A DNA stretch of 64,000 nt from NCBI RefSeq assembly GCF_009914755.1, contig NC_060934.1. The stretch is one strand, 5' to 3'. Source of the DNA: the human T2T-CHM13v2.0 reference genome, Homo sapiens. Under the pieces are notes generated by a model. It was given only the letters and a program-made list of their open reading frames with translations, did no database searches and was not told the origin of the DNA. The position numbers and the translations under genes were made by a program. This document shows, in pieces, positions 1 through 22,560 of this stretch (position 1 is its first letter; every line of letters begins with the position of its first letter).

Positions 1-1372
1 TAGCAATTTTCAAGTATATAATACATTATTAACTGTAGTCATCATGATGTACAATAGATCTCCAGGAAAAAGTATATTCTTAAATATTAGATTCCCCCTC
101 ACCCCACATTTAGCATCCTAACATTTTACAGCTTAGTCTAATTTCATATTTTTCTTTTAATCATAATCAATGTGATTTTCCTCTCTATAGTAACATTTAC
201 AATATAAAATTTCTTACAAGAAGGCTGCTATGCTTCCTATTGCTTTTTTTGCAGAATAATTACCTGGACATAATTTTACTCAGTTTCCTTTTCACCTAGA
301 AGCCTACAGATTTCTTGGTTAAATCAATTACTTTTAAGCCATGAGGGAGACAAGGGTATCTAACTTTTTGTTGAGAAAGTACTATGTGCCAGGCATTGAA
401 TTAGGTATTCATGTGCATATGCATGCTTTTCATTTAGTCCTCACAATAGCCCTGCAAATGAGGTATTAGTACCCCTTTCTACAGATGAAAAAAAATTAAG
501 CTCACAGAGGTCATAACTTTCTTTGGGACACACAAATATGGTAGGTAATAAAACTGAAATTCACACTCAGGTGTGCCTAACATCAAAGCCAATGTTCTTT
601 CTTCCTTATGTTGTGAAGATTAGACAAGTTCACAATTCCATCATCTCCAAAGTATTCTTTTTTTCTTTCATTTTTTTCTTTAAGAGATAGGGTCTTGCTC
701 TATCACCCAGGCAGGAGTGTAGTGGCTCACTGCAGCTTCAACCTTCTGGGCTTAAGTGAACTTCTTGCCTTAGCCTACCTGAGCAGCTGGGAGTACAGAT
801 ATGTGCCACCATGCATGGCTAATTAAAAAAAAAAAAAAATTTTAAGAGATAGGGTCTCGCTGTGTTGGCCAGGCTGGTCTCAAACTCCTGGCCTCAAGCC
901 ATCCTTCTGCCTTAGCCTCCCCAAATGCTGGAATTACAGGTGTGAGCCACCACACCCAGACTCCAAAGCACTCATTTTTTTTTTTTTTTGAGACAGAGTC
1001 TCACTGTCACCCAGGCAGGAGTGCAGTGGCGTGATCTCGGCTCACTGCAACCTCCGCCTCCCGGGTTCAAGCGATTCTCTTTGCCTCAGCCTCCCGAATA
1101 GGTGGGACTACAGGCACCCACCACCACACCCGGCTAATTTTTGTATTTTTAGTATAGACGGGGTTTCACCATGTTGTTCAGGATGGCCTCGATCTCTTGA
1201 TCTCGTGATCTGCCCACCTTGGCCTCCCAAAGTGCTAGGATTACAGGAGTGAGCCACGGTGCCCAGCAAAGTACTCTTTGTAAGAAAAAAATAGGCTGGG
1301 CGAGGTGGCTGATGCCTGTAATCCCAGCACTTTGGGAGGCCAAGGTGGGCAGATAATGAGGTCAGGAGTTCA

Positions 1373-1906
<534 letters not shown>

Positions 1907-2310
1907 TTATATATTATAAACCTATAAATGATATATTATTTTATATGAAATTATATCAATATATAAATGTAAACTGTAAATCCGTAAATGTACAAATAAA
2001 TATAAAATATACACATAAATAGAATGTTAAATTATATTATCTTAGAGTTATAAAATAAAACATCCCATTCATTGTAAGAATTATCTCTGTAGAATACTTG
2101 GTACATGGGCATCAGCTTCTACCTGAATATCTAAAGACAGCTTAACTGACAAGTCAGCAGTTTCATTTGTGGGTGACTTTGTTAGAAATTGCTTGCTTGC
2201 GGCCAGGTGCAGTAGGTCACACCTGTAATTTCAGCACTCTGGGAGGCTGAGGTAGGTGGATCGCTTGAGGTCAGGAGTTTGAGACTTGCCTGGCCAACAT
2301 GGTAAACTTA

Positions 2311-2580
<270 letters not shown>

Positions 2581-3374
2581 TCAGACCAATTTTTCTTTTA
2601 TTTGGTAACCCTTTAAAGATTTTAAACTAATTTGAGGGACTTACCATTGCTTTATTTCCAAACAAAATATTTTTGTTCCTTCTGCTACCACATGACGTAT
2701 TTTCAAACTTTTACCATTCCAGTTATACCTGTTTACCAATATCTCTCTTAAAATATGGTACCCAGAGCTGAACACAATACTCTTGTTGGACTAAGGCAGC
2801 ACAGAGTGGGATACTACTCTCGGGTTTACTAAACACCACTGAGCTTAAAATGGCATTAAATTTTTGCTGTATCACACATCTCCTAAGACTCTATTTTCTT
2901 TGGTATGCAGGTGTATGTATTATAGCACCATGGACCACTTTAACCTTTATTTTTGAACGGCCCTGCATTATTTCAATACTCATATTGATAATAATTCAGA
3001 CTTAAGAATATCACATGTTGATTCTTACAACAATCCTTTGAGTTGCTATTGTAACCTCCAGTTTAGAAATACAGAAACTGATGATCAGTTCAGAGAAGTT
3101 ACATCCCAAGGGTTACCTACTCTGAGTTAGTCTTCAAAACCTATACTCTTTCAACATACCATACTGTCTGTCTTGGGTTATTTCTTTTTATAATCTACTT
3201 TACACATAGAAACTATAGAACAAAAAGGATAAGAGTCTATCTTAAGATCATAAAGCTGGGCACGGTGGCTCACGCCTGTAATCCCAGCACTTTGGGAGGT
3301 CGAGGTGGGTGGATAACCTGAGGTCAGGAGTTCAAGACCAGCCTGACCAACAAGGAGAAACCCTGTGTCTACTA

Positions 3375-3557
<183 letters not shown>

Positions 3558-3582
3558 TCAAGTGCAGTGGCTCATGCCTCTA

Positions 3583-3939
<357 letters not shown>

Positions 3940-4000
3940 TCACCTGAGGTCAGGAGTTCGAGACCAGCCTGGCCAACATGATGAAACCCCATCTCTACTA

Positions 4001-4123
<123 letters not shown>

Positions 4124-5100
4124 CTACACTCCAGCCTGGACAAGAAGAGTGAAACTCCGTCTCAAAAGAAAAAAAAAATGCATACCCAATTTAGGGGAGA
4201 AATCTAATTTCATATTCCAGTAACAGAGAAATTAGTGCAGAGGCTGAACCCACCTCAGTGTTTTTCCTCCTCCAAGTCAAGCAGAGTCAAGCACTGAACC
4301 AAATTTGCCCCTGTGCTTCCATCAGACTAAAACTCCCCTTGTCCTGTCATGAAAACAGTTTCCTACAGGTTACCCCCAATAGCCTAACTTTTGCGGTAAC
4401 ATAAATGCTTTTCTATGTAATAAAAAGGGTGAGGTGCAGTGGCTCACGCCTGTAATCCCATCATTTTGGGAGGCCAAGGCGGGTAGATTGCTTGAGCCAG
4501 GAGTTCAAGACCAGCTTGGGCAATATGGTAAAAAATTAGCTGGGCATGATGGTGTGTGCCTATAGTCCCAGCTGCTCAGGAGGCTGAGGCGAGAGGATTG
4601 CTTGAGTATAGGAGGCAGAGGCTGCAGTAACCTGAGATCGCGCCACTGCAGTCCAGCCTGGGCAGCAGAGCAAGACCCTGTCTCAAGGAGGAAAAAACAG
4701 ATAAAGGACTGTCTTAGGAGGTACACTGAATACCCATCATAACCAACAATTTCTAAGGTTCAATTTTTATTTACACAGGAGGACCTTAATATATACCTTA
4801 TGAGTCCAGGTGCAGTGGCTCACGCCTGTAATCCCAGCACTTTGGGAGGCCAAGGCAGGTGGATCACGAGGTCAGGAGTTCGAGACCAGCCTGGCCAACA
4901 TGGTGAAACCCCATCTCTACTAAAAAATACAAAAATTAGCTGGGTGTGGAGGAGGGCACTTGTAATCCCCGCTACTCTGGAGGCTGAGGTGGCAGAATTG
5001 CTTGAAACCGGAAGACTGAGGACTGAGGTTGCAGTAAGCCAAGATCGCGCCACTGCCCTCCAGCCTGGGGAACAAAAGCGAAATTCTGTCTGTCTCAAAA

Positions 5101-5103
<3 letters not shown>

Positions 5104-5152
<49 letters not shown>
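5104..5152. repeat. (CA)n microsatellite, ~24 units, in an Alu tail
   Basis: Direct reading. Confidence 0.95.
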
Positions 5153-5156
<4 letters not shown>

Positions 5157-5321
5157 CATCTTATGAGGCCAGGTGCAGTGGCTCATGCCTGTAATCCGAG
5201 CACTCTGGGAGGCTTAGGCAGGTGGATCATGAGGTCAAGAGTTCGAGACCAGCCTGGTTAACAAGGTGAAACCCCGCCTCTACTAAAAATACAAAAAAAA
5301 AAAAAAAAAAAAAAAAATTCA

Positions 5322-5546
<225 letters not shown>

Positions 5547-5885
5547 TCAAGGTTACAAAGCTAGAAAACAGCAGAGCTACGACTTAAATCCAGATCTCCT
5601 ATTCCAAGGTAGGGCTTTTTCCTCTACAGCAGGAAATGCATTAATAATGTAACAACTTTAGTAATGGTAATGACTGCCTTGAGCAGTGTGGTCAAGTCTC
5701 ATCAGGAAAGCCTGCTATGATTAATTATTGATTTCTGCTACAAGTAAAGAAAGAAGAAATGGTGGCACACCCATCACACGTTTACCATCGTTGTATTACA
5801 ATATCTGACTTTTCAAAAAAGGTATAAAAAGTGGATCCAAGTTCCTGCTGTGATTAGTGGAAAGTGTTACATTTCCCCAAAATAA

Positions 5886-6182
<297 letters not shown>

Positions 6183-6353
6183 TGACCCTCAAAATAATTT
6201 TTTAAAATTTAATTTTTTAAAAATATAATTCCTTACAGGCGCGGTGGCTCACGCCTGTAATCCCAACACTTTGGGGGTCCAAGGTGGGCGGATCACCTGA
6301 GGTCGGGAGATTGAGACCAGCCTGACTGACATGGCGAAACCCTGTCTCTACTA

Positions 6354-6512
<159 letters not shown>

Positions 6513-6560
6513 TCAAAAACAAAAAAAAATCCTTTTAATTTTCTTTTTTATTTTTTTTGA

Positions 6561-6848
<288 letters not shown>

Positions 6849-7450
6849 TGAATAGCTGGGATTACAGGTGCAAGCCACCACATCCAGCTTTTTTTTTTTT
6901 TGTATTTTTAGTAAAGACGGGTTTCACCATATTGGCCAGGCTGGTCTCGAACTCTTGATGTCAAGTAATCTGCCCACCTAAGCCTCCCAGAATGCTGGGA
7001 TTACAGGCGAGAGCCACTGCGCCCGGCCAACTCTTTAATTTTCAAATTGTAATTAGCTAGTCATTAAAAGATATTACTCCAGCCTTCTTTTGATTAGTAT
7101 GAAAACAAAACAAAAGTCACATTGTCACATGTGTAAAAATTCAAACACAATGGCAAGTAAGACTTGTTCCCATCCCAGACTCAATAGACTCCAGTGCCGC
7201 TTCCTAGGGGCACTGCCATTAATATGTTCTTTTTTTTTTCTCAGCAGTCTTTCTCTGTCACCCAGGCTGGAGTGCAGTGGCACAATCTCAGCTCACTGCA
7301 ACGTCCACCTCCCAATTCAAGCGATTCTCCTGTCTCAGCCTCCCAAGTAGCTGGAATCACAGGCACGTGCCACCACACCTAGCTAATTTTTTATACTTTT
7401 GATAGAGACAGTGTTTCACCATGTTGGCCAGGCTGGTCTCAAACTCCTAA

Positions 7451-7903
<453 letters not shown>

Positions 7904-8126
7904 TAAAAAACTTAAGTGAGCACAAGGTACATGGGCTTGCCTTTCTGCACCTTGCTTTTCCCACTTAATACATCTTGGAGACTATTCCACATCATCACAC
8001 ACATTATTATATTAGTGCATACTCATGTATGGGTATACCATTATTTAACCTACTCCCTTATAGAGATATAAATTGCAACACTCTTTAATAATAGAAATTG
8101 CTGGATTAAAATTTGGAATTACATGA

Positions 8127-8420
<294 letters not shown>

Positions 8421-8734
8421 TAGCCAGGATGGTCTTGATCTTCTGACCTCATGATCCGCCCGCCTCGGCCTCCCAAAGTGCTGGGATTATAGGCATGAGC
8501 CACCGCGCCCGGCCTTAGGGGTTCTTAATAACAGTTGAGAGCACGAAGTGGATATACAAGGAGATAAATACAATAAAGCACACACTAGATAATAAATGAT
8601 ACAAGTAGCCTAGAGTTATAAAGAGATGACTGAGAAGTAAAATAGTCATCAGTGATACAACATGAGAAATCTAGATTTTTTCCAAGAAAGGCATTTTAGT
8701 TTACTGGGCCAGCCAGTTAAGCGTTTGAAAACTA

Positions 8735-9160
<426 letters not shown>

Positions 9161-9563
9161 CTAATTTGGCAAAATCAGGTAAAGTTGAAGAGGAACATAC
9201 CCTAAGACTCAGTAAATCTACACTCGTGGAGAACTATCTATCTCACATATACACAGGAGATACATATGAATTTGTTTACGGCAACATTGTTTAAAACAGC
9301 AACAAGTAAATAAACCAACAAACCTGGAAACAAACCTAAATATTCAACAGAACAGGAAAAGATAAGAAATAATATATTCATTTTAATGGAATGCCAAATA
9401 ATGGTGAAAATGAATGAACTAGGCTATATATTTCAACAGGGATGAATCACACAATACTGAGTGAAAAGTATACCATTTCAAGTTTGGCAAAAACAATGCT
9501 ACATATTGCTTAGGAATAGATATACACGTGGCAACCACATGAAAAAAAAAGGCATGGGAATGA

Positions 9564-9785
<222 letters not shown>

Positions 9786-9878
9786 TGAAATCCTGACCTC
9801 GTGATCCGCCCACCTCAGCCTCCCAAAGTGCTGGGATTACAGGCGTAAGCCACCATGCCCAGCCTTTTTTTTTTTTGA

Positions 9879-10070
<192 letters not shown>

Positions 10071-10320
10071 TAGCCAGGCTGGTCTCGAACTCCTGACCTC
10101 AGGTGATCCACTCACCTCGGCCTCCCAAAGTGTTGGGATTACAGGCGTGAGCCACTGCACCCGGCCCTTTATACCTTTTTCTAATTATTTCTAATATTCA
10201 GTTATTTCATAATTTTCCAAGGGGATGTCAGAAAACTTGATTTTACCTGAGTTCACAATGATTTCCTATTAGGACTTTTAACATTCTTTAAGTTAAAAGG
10301 TAAATTTTTAGGGTACTCAC

Positions 10321-10429
10321 CCAATGAACTCCAGTAATAAAGACATATCAAGTTCAGGTGGAATACGAAACACTGATTCTAGGACTTTTTTAGATCTTCC
10401 TTTGCTTGAAGGGACTGGCTGTGGAACAG
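10321..10429 (-). CDS. PCGF6: PCGF6 exon 6 ([37 protein letters not shown])
   Basis: tag/gtgag boundaries; frame continuous. I found no further exon in 1-10320, so the gene continues beyond the window start. Confidence 0.95.
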
Positions 10430-10825
10430 CTATTTAATAGTCAAACAAAAATGTTAATTAAGAATAAAAATGCCATAAATTGAGATCTTTGGAAAAATAC
10501 ACAAGTATTATAATTATGTTGAGTATTTAAAAGATCATAAACCACTCAATCTCCCTGTCTTTAATGACATTGGCTAATCTGTCAAAGCCAGTGAAATGAG
10601 AGGCAAGCCTGGGGACCACTCCACAATGGAAGGCAGACATGTGGCTGGCTTATTAGGGACGCAGAGAGAGCTCATTAGAACAGCAACATGTGTAGACAAC
10701 CCTGCATAAGCACTACTATGTGTCAGGGCTCATACTTAGCACTTCTCATGCATCATCTCATTCGTCCTTACTATAGTCCCATGATATAGGTACCAGTGCT
10801 ACTGCTTTTTTTTTTTTCTTAACTA

Positions 10826-11122
<297 letters not shown>

Positions 11123-11372
11123 TCAAAAAAAAAAAAGAAACTGAGGCTTAGAGAGAGTAAGCAATTTGTGTAAAGTCACTCAGCTAAGTCAAGGAACCAG
11201 GATTTAGGCCAAGCAAGGTGGCTCATGCCAGTAATCCCAGCACTTTGGGAGGCCGAGGTGGGTGGATCACTTCAGGTCAGGAGTTCGGGACCAGCCTGGC
11301 CAACATGGTGAAACCCCATCTCTACTAAAAATACAAAAAAAATTAGCTGGGTGTGGTGGCACATGCCTGTAA

Positions 11373-11570
<198 letters not shown>

Positions 11571-11658
11571 TGAGGTCAGGAGTTCAAGACCAGCCTGACA
11601 AACATGGAGAAACCCCGTCTCTATTAAAAATACAAAATTGGCCAGGCACAGTGGCTCA

Positions 11659-12110
<452 letters not shown>

Positions 12111-12533
12111 TTAAATCCAAATCTATTTCATGTCCATTCCGTGACATTACATCATCATAAAAACTAACGTTTGAACAGTTACTGTGTGCCAGGCACTGTT
12201 TTAAGTGCTTATATTACTCAATATATTTTTTTAAATGAAGTGGTATGATTATCATTATTTTGTAGATGAGGAAACAGACATTTACGTATGTAACTGGCTT
12301 GGCTTAAGTTATACACCTCATAAAGTGGCAGGGCTAGGAACAAACTCAGAGAATCTAGCTCCACAGTCTGCAATCTCTAATTTTTATAAATAAATTGGAT
12401 TACACACAGCATTACCTTCAAAATCTCTCTGATCATATAATAAGCTACCCCCAAAAGGAACTTCAAAGGGCATATATTTTATTGTTAGTATTCTTTAATC
12501 TGTAAGTACATTATAGTATACACCCAAACTTAC

Positions 12534-12593
12534 CAGGTTTAGGTACTTCTAGACCTCTTTCTTTATAGAAATCATGCATTTGCTTTTTTTCTC
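12534..12593 (-). CDS. PCGF6: PCGF6 exon 5 ([20 protein letters not shown])
   Basis: tag/gtaag boundaries; frame continuous; 60 nt. Confidence 0.95.
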
Positions 12594-12690
12594 CTAAAAA
12601 ATGATAAAACACAGACTAAATTACACTTAAAATGTAACTACTAGAGTCAGAGATTCTGGGATTCACAACCATGTAATAAAAGAAACTTAC

Positions 12691-12746
12691 TTTCCTCTAG
12701 ATTGATCACTAATTTGTACACTATGTCTTGTAACTGTCGGTCCAAC
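12691..12746 (-). CDS. PCGF6: PCGF6 exon 4 (LDRQLQDIVYKLVINLEE)
   Basis: tag/gtaag boundaries; PCGF-family D..LQDIVYKL motif. Confidence 0.96.
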
Positions 12747-14009
12747 CTAATAAAAGGAAAGGATGGAGAATACCTCAGAATTCAGAAAAATGCATTTTGG
12801 TACAGAGTGAGTTAATTGTGTTTTCTCTTGAGAGTGGGTATCTTTTTTCTCAGAGGTGAGTTACTTTTAAGTAGCATTTACAGTTCCTAAAATATAACTC
12901 ACTCAAGAAAACCTTAAGTAAATATATGTAATCATAAGTATTCACAGATTCTTGAATGGGTCACTAAACTGTTTCATGTGCATTGTTTTTTGTGTGTGTG
13001 TGTGACAAGGTCTCACTTTTGTCACCCAGGCTGGAGTGCAGTGGCTCAATCATGGCTCACTGCAGCCTCCACTTCCTAGGCTTAGGTGGATTTTTCCCAC
13101 CTCAGCCTCCTTAATAGCTGGGACTAAAGGCGCGTGACACCACGCCTGGTTAATTTGATTTTATTCCCTTCATAAGAATACGAGTTGAGGGCAGAGACTG
13201 TATTTTGAACTTCTGTCTATCATCTGCAAAGCACTCCTGTGTGAAGGTAGTAAAAATCAATAGTATTTGTTGAATAACAGTAATCTACTGTTAGTATTTT
13301 TCCTCTCTTAAGAAACTGAGTATGAACTGGAAATTTGAATAATAAGCCACAATGAGCTAATGACAAATGGGCTTTACTAAAGAGGCCAGTTGTTTCAGGT
13401 ATTACTTCTAAAAAAACAGAATTTGGAATACCTATATACTGGAAATGAAAAGCCTAAACTAGCCTCATTAACCTGAGTAAGTGATGGGATTAAAATTCTC
13501 AGGAAAAAGGCCTGTGCCTCTTTTAAGTCCTCAGCAGATATTACAGTGCCTAGTACATAGTAAGTGCTCTATACATATTTCTTAAAAGAATATGTAGTTC
13601 CCTTTTAATTTTGAGAGAGGTCAAGAGTTTTTTTGTTTTTTTTTTTTTGAGATACTCTCATCAGTCTGTCGCCCAGGCTGGAATACAGTGGCACGATCTT
13701 GGCTCCTGCAACCTCTGCCTCCCAGGTTCAAGCGATTCTCCTGCCTCAACCTCCCAAGTAGCTGGGATTACAGGCATGTGCCGCCACTCCTGGCTAATAG
13801 TGGAGATGGGGTTTCACCATGTTGGCCAGGTTGGTCTTGAACTCCTGATCTGAAGTGATCCACTCACCTCGGCCTCCCAAAGTGCTGGGATTATGGCATT
13901 AGCCACTGAACCCATCCTGAGAGGTCAATAATTTATTCCAACTATATAACTTCAAGCTTTCAGAAAAAGTATATTTAAAATACAATTGTAACTTATATAT
14001 TCTTCTTAC

Positions 14010-14106
14010 CTTATGTTATAAAGAGGTTGTGTCTGATGTACTACTATATTGCATTTTGGACATCTGTTGCTGTAGTAAAAATGTCTTACGATGCAGCTTT
14101 TACAAA
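14010..14106 (-). CDS. PCGF6: PCGF6 exon 3 ([33 protein letters not shown]; second half of RING)
   Basis: cag/gtaag boundaries; 87-nt preceding intron; two CxxC motifs. Confidence 0.97.
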
Positions 14107-14167
14107 CTGTTGAAAAAGAATGTTGAAGTCAGGATGCTTTCAAGACATTTCAAAAACTGAAAAATTA

Positions 14168-14371
<204 letters not shown>

Positions 14372-14752
14372 TCACTCTGTAGCCCAAGCTGAGTGCAGTG
14401 ATGTCATCTCGGTTCACTGCAACCTCCGCCTCCTGGATTAAAGCGATTCTCCTGTCTCAGCCTCCCGAGTAGCTGGGATTACAGGCGCGCACAACCACGC
14501 CTGGCTAATTTTTGTATTTTTAGTAGAGATGGGGTTTCACCATGTTGGCCAGGCTGGTCTCGAACCCCTGGCCTCAGGTGATCCACCCGCCAAGGCCTCC
14601 CAAAGTGCTAGGATTACAAGCATGAGCCACCGCGCTCAGTCCACCTTCTTCAAAACCTTAAACCATAATCTCAAAATGTCATTGCAACATGGAAACATAC
14701 ACCTCCAACCCATTAAAAGACTACTGAAAGTTACAATAATAACACAATATAA

Positions 14753-14903
<151 letters not shown>

Positions 14904-15214
14904 TAGCTGAGATTACAGGCGCGTGCCACCACGCCCCGCTACTTTTTGTATTTTCAGTAGAGAAGGGGTTTCACCGCTTTGGTCAGGCTGAACTCCTGAC
15001 CTCGTGTTTCGCCTGCCTCGGCCTCCCAAAGTGCGGGGATTATAGGCGTGAGCCACACCGCGCCCAGCCAAATTATTGTTTCAAAAGGATCTTTACGCTG
15101 GGCGCAGTGGCTCACGCCTGTAATCCCAGCACTTTGGGAGGCCGAGGCGGGCGGATCACGAGGTCAGGAGATCGAGACCATCCTGGCTAACACGGTGAAA
15201 CCCCGTCTCTACTA

Positions 15215-15436
<222 letters not shown>

Positions 15437-15469
15437 TCAATAATTATACAGGACAGGCAACGTGGCTCA

Positions 15470-15772
<303 letters not shown>

Positions 15773-15799
15773 CTAAGTGACCTGCAAGAACTTCACAAA

Positions 15800-16620
15800 A
15801 TAAGCGGGTAAAGACCCAGGCCGGGCCGGAGGCCTGTCGGCGCCACACGCCTAGGCAGCCGGGGCAGAGGTCGGGGGAGGTCCGCTCCAGTGCTCCGCGC
15901 GGCGGCGGCGCACTAGGATCGGGCCGGCGCCCGGCAGACGAGGGCCAGCTACGTCCCTGACGCCGCTTGGGCCCAGCGGGGTCGCGCGGGGGCTCTAAAT
16001 ACCTCCTCCTCGTCCTCCGAGTCCTGCCGGCCTCCCTCCAGCCTCAACGAGAAGTGACTCATGTCCTCCTCCTCCTCCTCTTCTTCCTCCTCCAGCTCCT
16101 CTTCTTCTTCCAACTCCTCGTCCTCGTCCTCGAAGCGGCCTCTGAAGCGGCCCAGGCTGCGCTCCGGCTCCAGCTCAGGGGGCCGGGAGCCGGAGCAGCC
16201 GGGAGCCCCCGTCTCAGACAGAGGCGCCGGTCCCTCCTCACCCGCTGCGGGTGCAGGGGTGAGGGCGGGCGGGGAGACAGGAGGCGGAGGCGGAGGCGGC
16301 AAGGCTGCAGCTCCCTCGGTTTTGGCAGCGCCTACGCTGCCCGCCGTCACCACCGCGACCCCCTCCATGGTCGGGAGAGACACCAGGCGAGGCGAGGCGG
16401 CGGGAGAGCGCGGGAGTTCGGCCGGCCTCGGACGCCACCACTGCGCAGGCGCGGCAGCCTGAGGGGCTCGCCGGGAAATGTGGTTTAGCGGCCCTCACCT
16501 CCGCGGGGCGCAAACCCTGCAGCTCCGGGGCAGGCTGCGGGGCGCGCGGGCCGCACTTTAAAGGAATCTCACCAGATTTTCTCCTTGGAAGGGGACGCTC
16601 TCTTCGCCGCCTTTTAAAAA
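15800..16620. promoter_or_regulatory. CpG island/promoter of PCGF6 with NRF1-like TGCGCAGGCGC (16442-16452) and E2F-like GCGGGA motifs
   Basis: High GC and CpG density around exon 1; motifs read directly; boundaries approximate. Confidence 0.8.
16003..16368 (-). CDS. PCGF6: PCGF6 coding exon 1 ([10 protein letters not shown]...DSEDEEE; poly-Pro and poly-Glu tracts)
   Basis: ATG at 16368 in Kozak context ACCATGG; GT donor at 16002-16001; translation matches recalled PCGF6/MBLR N-terminus; 366 nt. Confidence 0.97.
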
Positions 16621-17439
16621 CAGCAAAATTGCTACCGTTCCAAGCAACAATATTCTGTTTGCATCACCTAATTCACAGAGCACTGAACTAGGTAGCATGT
16701 GACGTTGCATCACAAATAATAATCATTTCCACTTGAGTACCAATTATGCATTTCCTCTGTGGCAAATCACCTCCATCCAAGATTATTTCCCTTAGGAAGT
16801 ATAAAGTTCCTGTTCTGAAGTATGTACGTTTATTTATTTTAAGGAATTATATAGTGTATTGATACAAGGTGAAAATCTAATCACTACTCAAAGATCATCC
16901 ATGTCACCCCATCCCATAAAGCCCATTATATTGAATTCGAAAAGCTTTTTTTTTTTTTTTTGAGACAGTTTCGCTCTTGTCGCTCAGGCAGGAGTGCAGT
17001 GGCGCTCACTTGCAACCTCCGCCTCCCGGGTCCAAGCGATTCTGCCTCAGGCTCCCAAGCAGCTGGGACTACTGGCGCCTGCCACCACGCCCAGCTAACT
17101 TTTGTATTTTCAGTAGAGACAGGGTTTCACCATGTTGACCAGGCTAGTCTCAAACTTCTGATCTCAGGTGATCCACCCGCCTCAGCCTCCCAAAGTGTTG
17201 GGTTACAGGCCTGAGCCAGGGCGCCGGGCCCAACAAACATTTATTGAGGGCCTACTGTAGCAGAAACTCAGACCCACCCAGGTACAACCCACCCCATTGC
17301 CCAATTTTATTAAGAGAGGTTTGGAGTTGGCTTAACATTATTCTTGCTAGTCCGGGCGCGGTGGCTCACACCTGTAATCCCAGCACTTTGGGAGGCCGAG
17401 GCGCGCAGATCATGAGGTCAGGAGTTCAAGACCAGCCTA

Positions 17440-17607
<168 letters not shown>

Positions 17608-18271
17608 CTACAGAGTGAGACTCCATCTCAAAACAAAACAAAACAAAACAAAACAAAACAAAAAACAAAAAAACCATTATCCTTGCTAAGATAATGCCAG
17701 CTAATGTCACGATGCCTGCAAGAAAGATTCGGGAAGTCAAATGCTCCTAATCAAATAATGCCTGGCAAAGTCACATTTAAGAGCTGAATGTGACCAGGCA
17801 CAGTGGCTCCCGCCTGTAATCCCAGCACTTTGGGAGGCTGAGGCAAGCGGATTGCCTGAGGTTGGGAGTTAGAGACCAGCCTGACCAACATGGAGAAACC
17901 CCATCTCTACTAAAAATACAAAATTAGCCGGGCATGGTGGCGCATGCCTGTAATCCCAGCTACTCGAGAGGCTGAGGCAGGAGAATCACTTGAACACAGA
18001 CGAGGTGGAGGTTGCGGTGAGCCGAGATCACACCACTGCACTCCAGCCTGGGCAACAAGAGCAAGACTCCATCTCAAAAAAAAAATAAATTTTAAAAATA
18101 TGGCCAAGCGAGGTGGCTCATGCCTGTAATCCCAATGCTTTGGGAGGCTGAGTTGGGCGGGTAACGAGGTCAGGAGTTTGAGACCAGCCTGACCAACATG
18201 GTGAAACTCCATCTCTACTAAAAATACGAAAATTAGCCGGGCATGGTGGTGCACACTTGTAATCCCAGCTA

Positions 18272-18476
<205 letters not shown>

Positions 18477-18869
18477 CTAACAACAACAAAAAAAAGAAAA
18501 TGCTGAATGTGTTGTCTAGGGAATTGATGAGGAAATCAAGTCATGGTGTTTCCTTGGGGAACAGTGAACCAAGTTAAGTATTCCCATTGCTTCTGGACCA
18601 GACCCCACCTCTCCTTCTCCAGTCCCAACGTCTGGTCAAGTTTGAGATACTGAAGTCTGCAAGACCCAAGAAGGAATGGAAGGAAGAAAATGTCTTCTAA
18701 AACATGGAGGAGGTGTAGACTCCAGAGGGCTGGAAATAAAAACGACTATAGTATTGAAAAAGAGTGCCTCAAGTGGATGTTGGTGGAGCTCTACAGTAAT
18801 TCCACATAGTCAGAGTTCAAGAACAGCCTGGGCAACACAGTGACAGCTCATCTCAAAAACAAAAACAAA

Positions 18870-20925
<2,056 letters not shown>

Positions 20926-21067
20926 ATACATATGATAAAGAATTAAGGCTGGGCGCAGTGGCTCACGCCTGTAATCCTAGCACTTTGGGAGGCTGAGGTG
21001 AGTGGATCACCTTAGGTCAAGAGTTTGGGACCAGCCTGGACAACGTGGTGAAACACTATCTCTACTA

Positions 21068-21309
<242 letters not shown>

Positions 21310-22089
21310 TCATGGACTTGAACACACTTACACTTTCTAAAATACCTGGTATTACACCATCATATTCTTCAGAGGACAACCCTGTGAAAGCCAGCGCATA
21401 CCTGATAATTACTTCCATACTTCTAGCTGTGGAATTCGTGGGTCATAAGGTAGAAACATTTGTATTTTGGCCACATGTTGAAATTGTCAAGTTATTATTT
21501 TAGTGAAAATAGGCCTTTTTTTATTGCTGTTGACAGTGTAATCTGTACAACCTTAAAGAAAGCAATTAGGCTGGTGTGTTGGTCCATGCCTGTAATCCTA
21601 GAACTTTGAAAGGCCAAGGCAGGAGGATTGCTTGACCCCAGGAGTTCCAGACCACCCTGGCAACATAGTGAGATCCCGTCTCCACAAAAATAAAAAACAT
21701 TTAAAATTGCCCACAGTAGTAGCACGTGCATGTAGTCCCAGCTACCTGGGAGGCTGAGGTGGGAGGATCACTGAGCCCAGGAGGTCAAGGCTGCAGTGAG
21801 CTGTGATCATGCCACTGCACTCCAGCCTGGGCAACAGAGTGAGATCCTGTCTGAAAAAAAATTAAAAATAAAAATGAAAAGAAAGAAATTAGTTAACATA
21901 TAACAAGAAACTTAAAAATATGTACAACTTTAGACAGGCAGGATGGCTCACACCTGTGATCCCAGTGACTCAGGAGGCTGAGGCGTAGGATTGCTTAAGC
22001 CCAGGTATTCCAGGCTGCAATGAGCTATGACAGCATCACTGCACCTAGCACTCCAGCACTCCAGCCTGGGTGACAGAGAGAGACCATGA

Positions 22090-22560
<471 letters not shown>

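Noticed and set aside
15967-16488. Antisense and alternate-frame ORFs over PCGF6 exon 1 (poly-Ser, poly-Leu)
   Set aside because: Reverse-complement readings of the poly-Glu codon repeat in a CpG island
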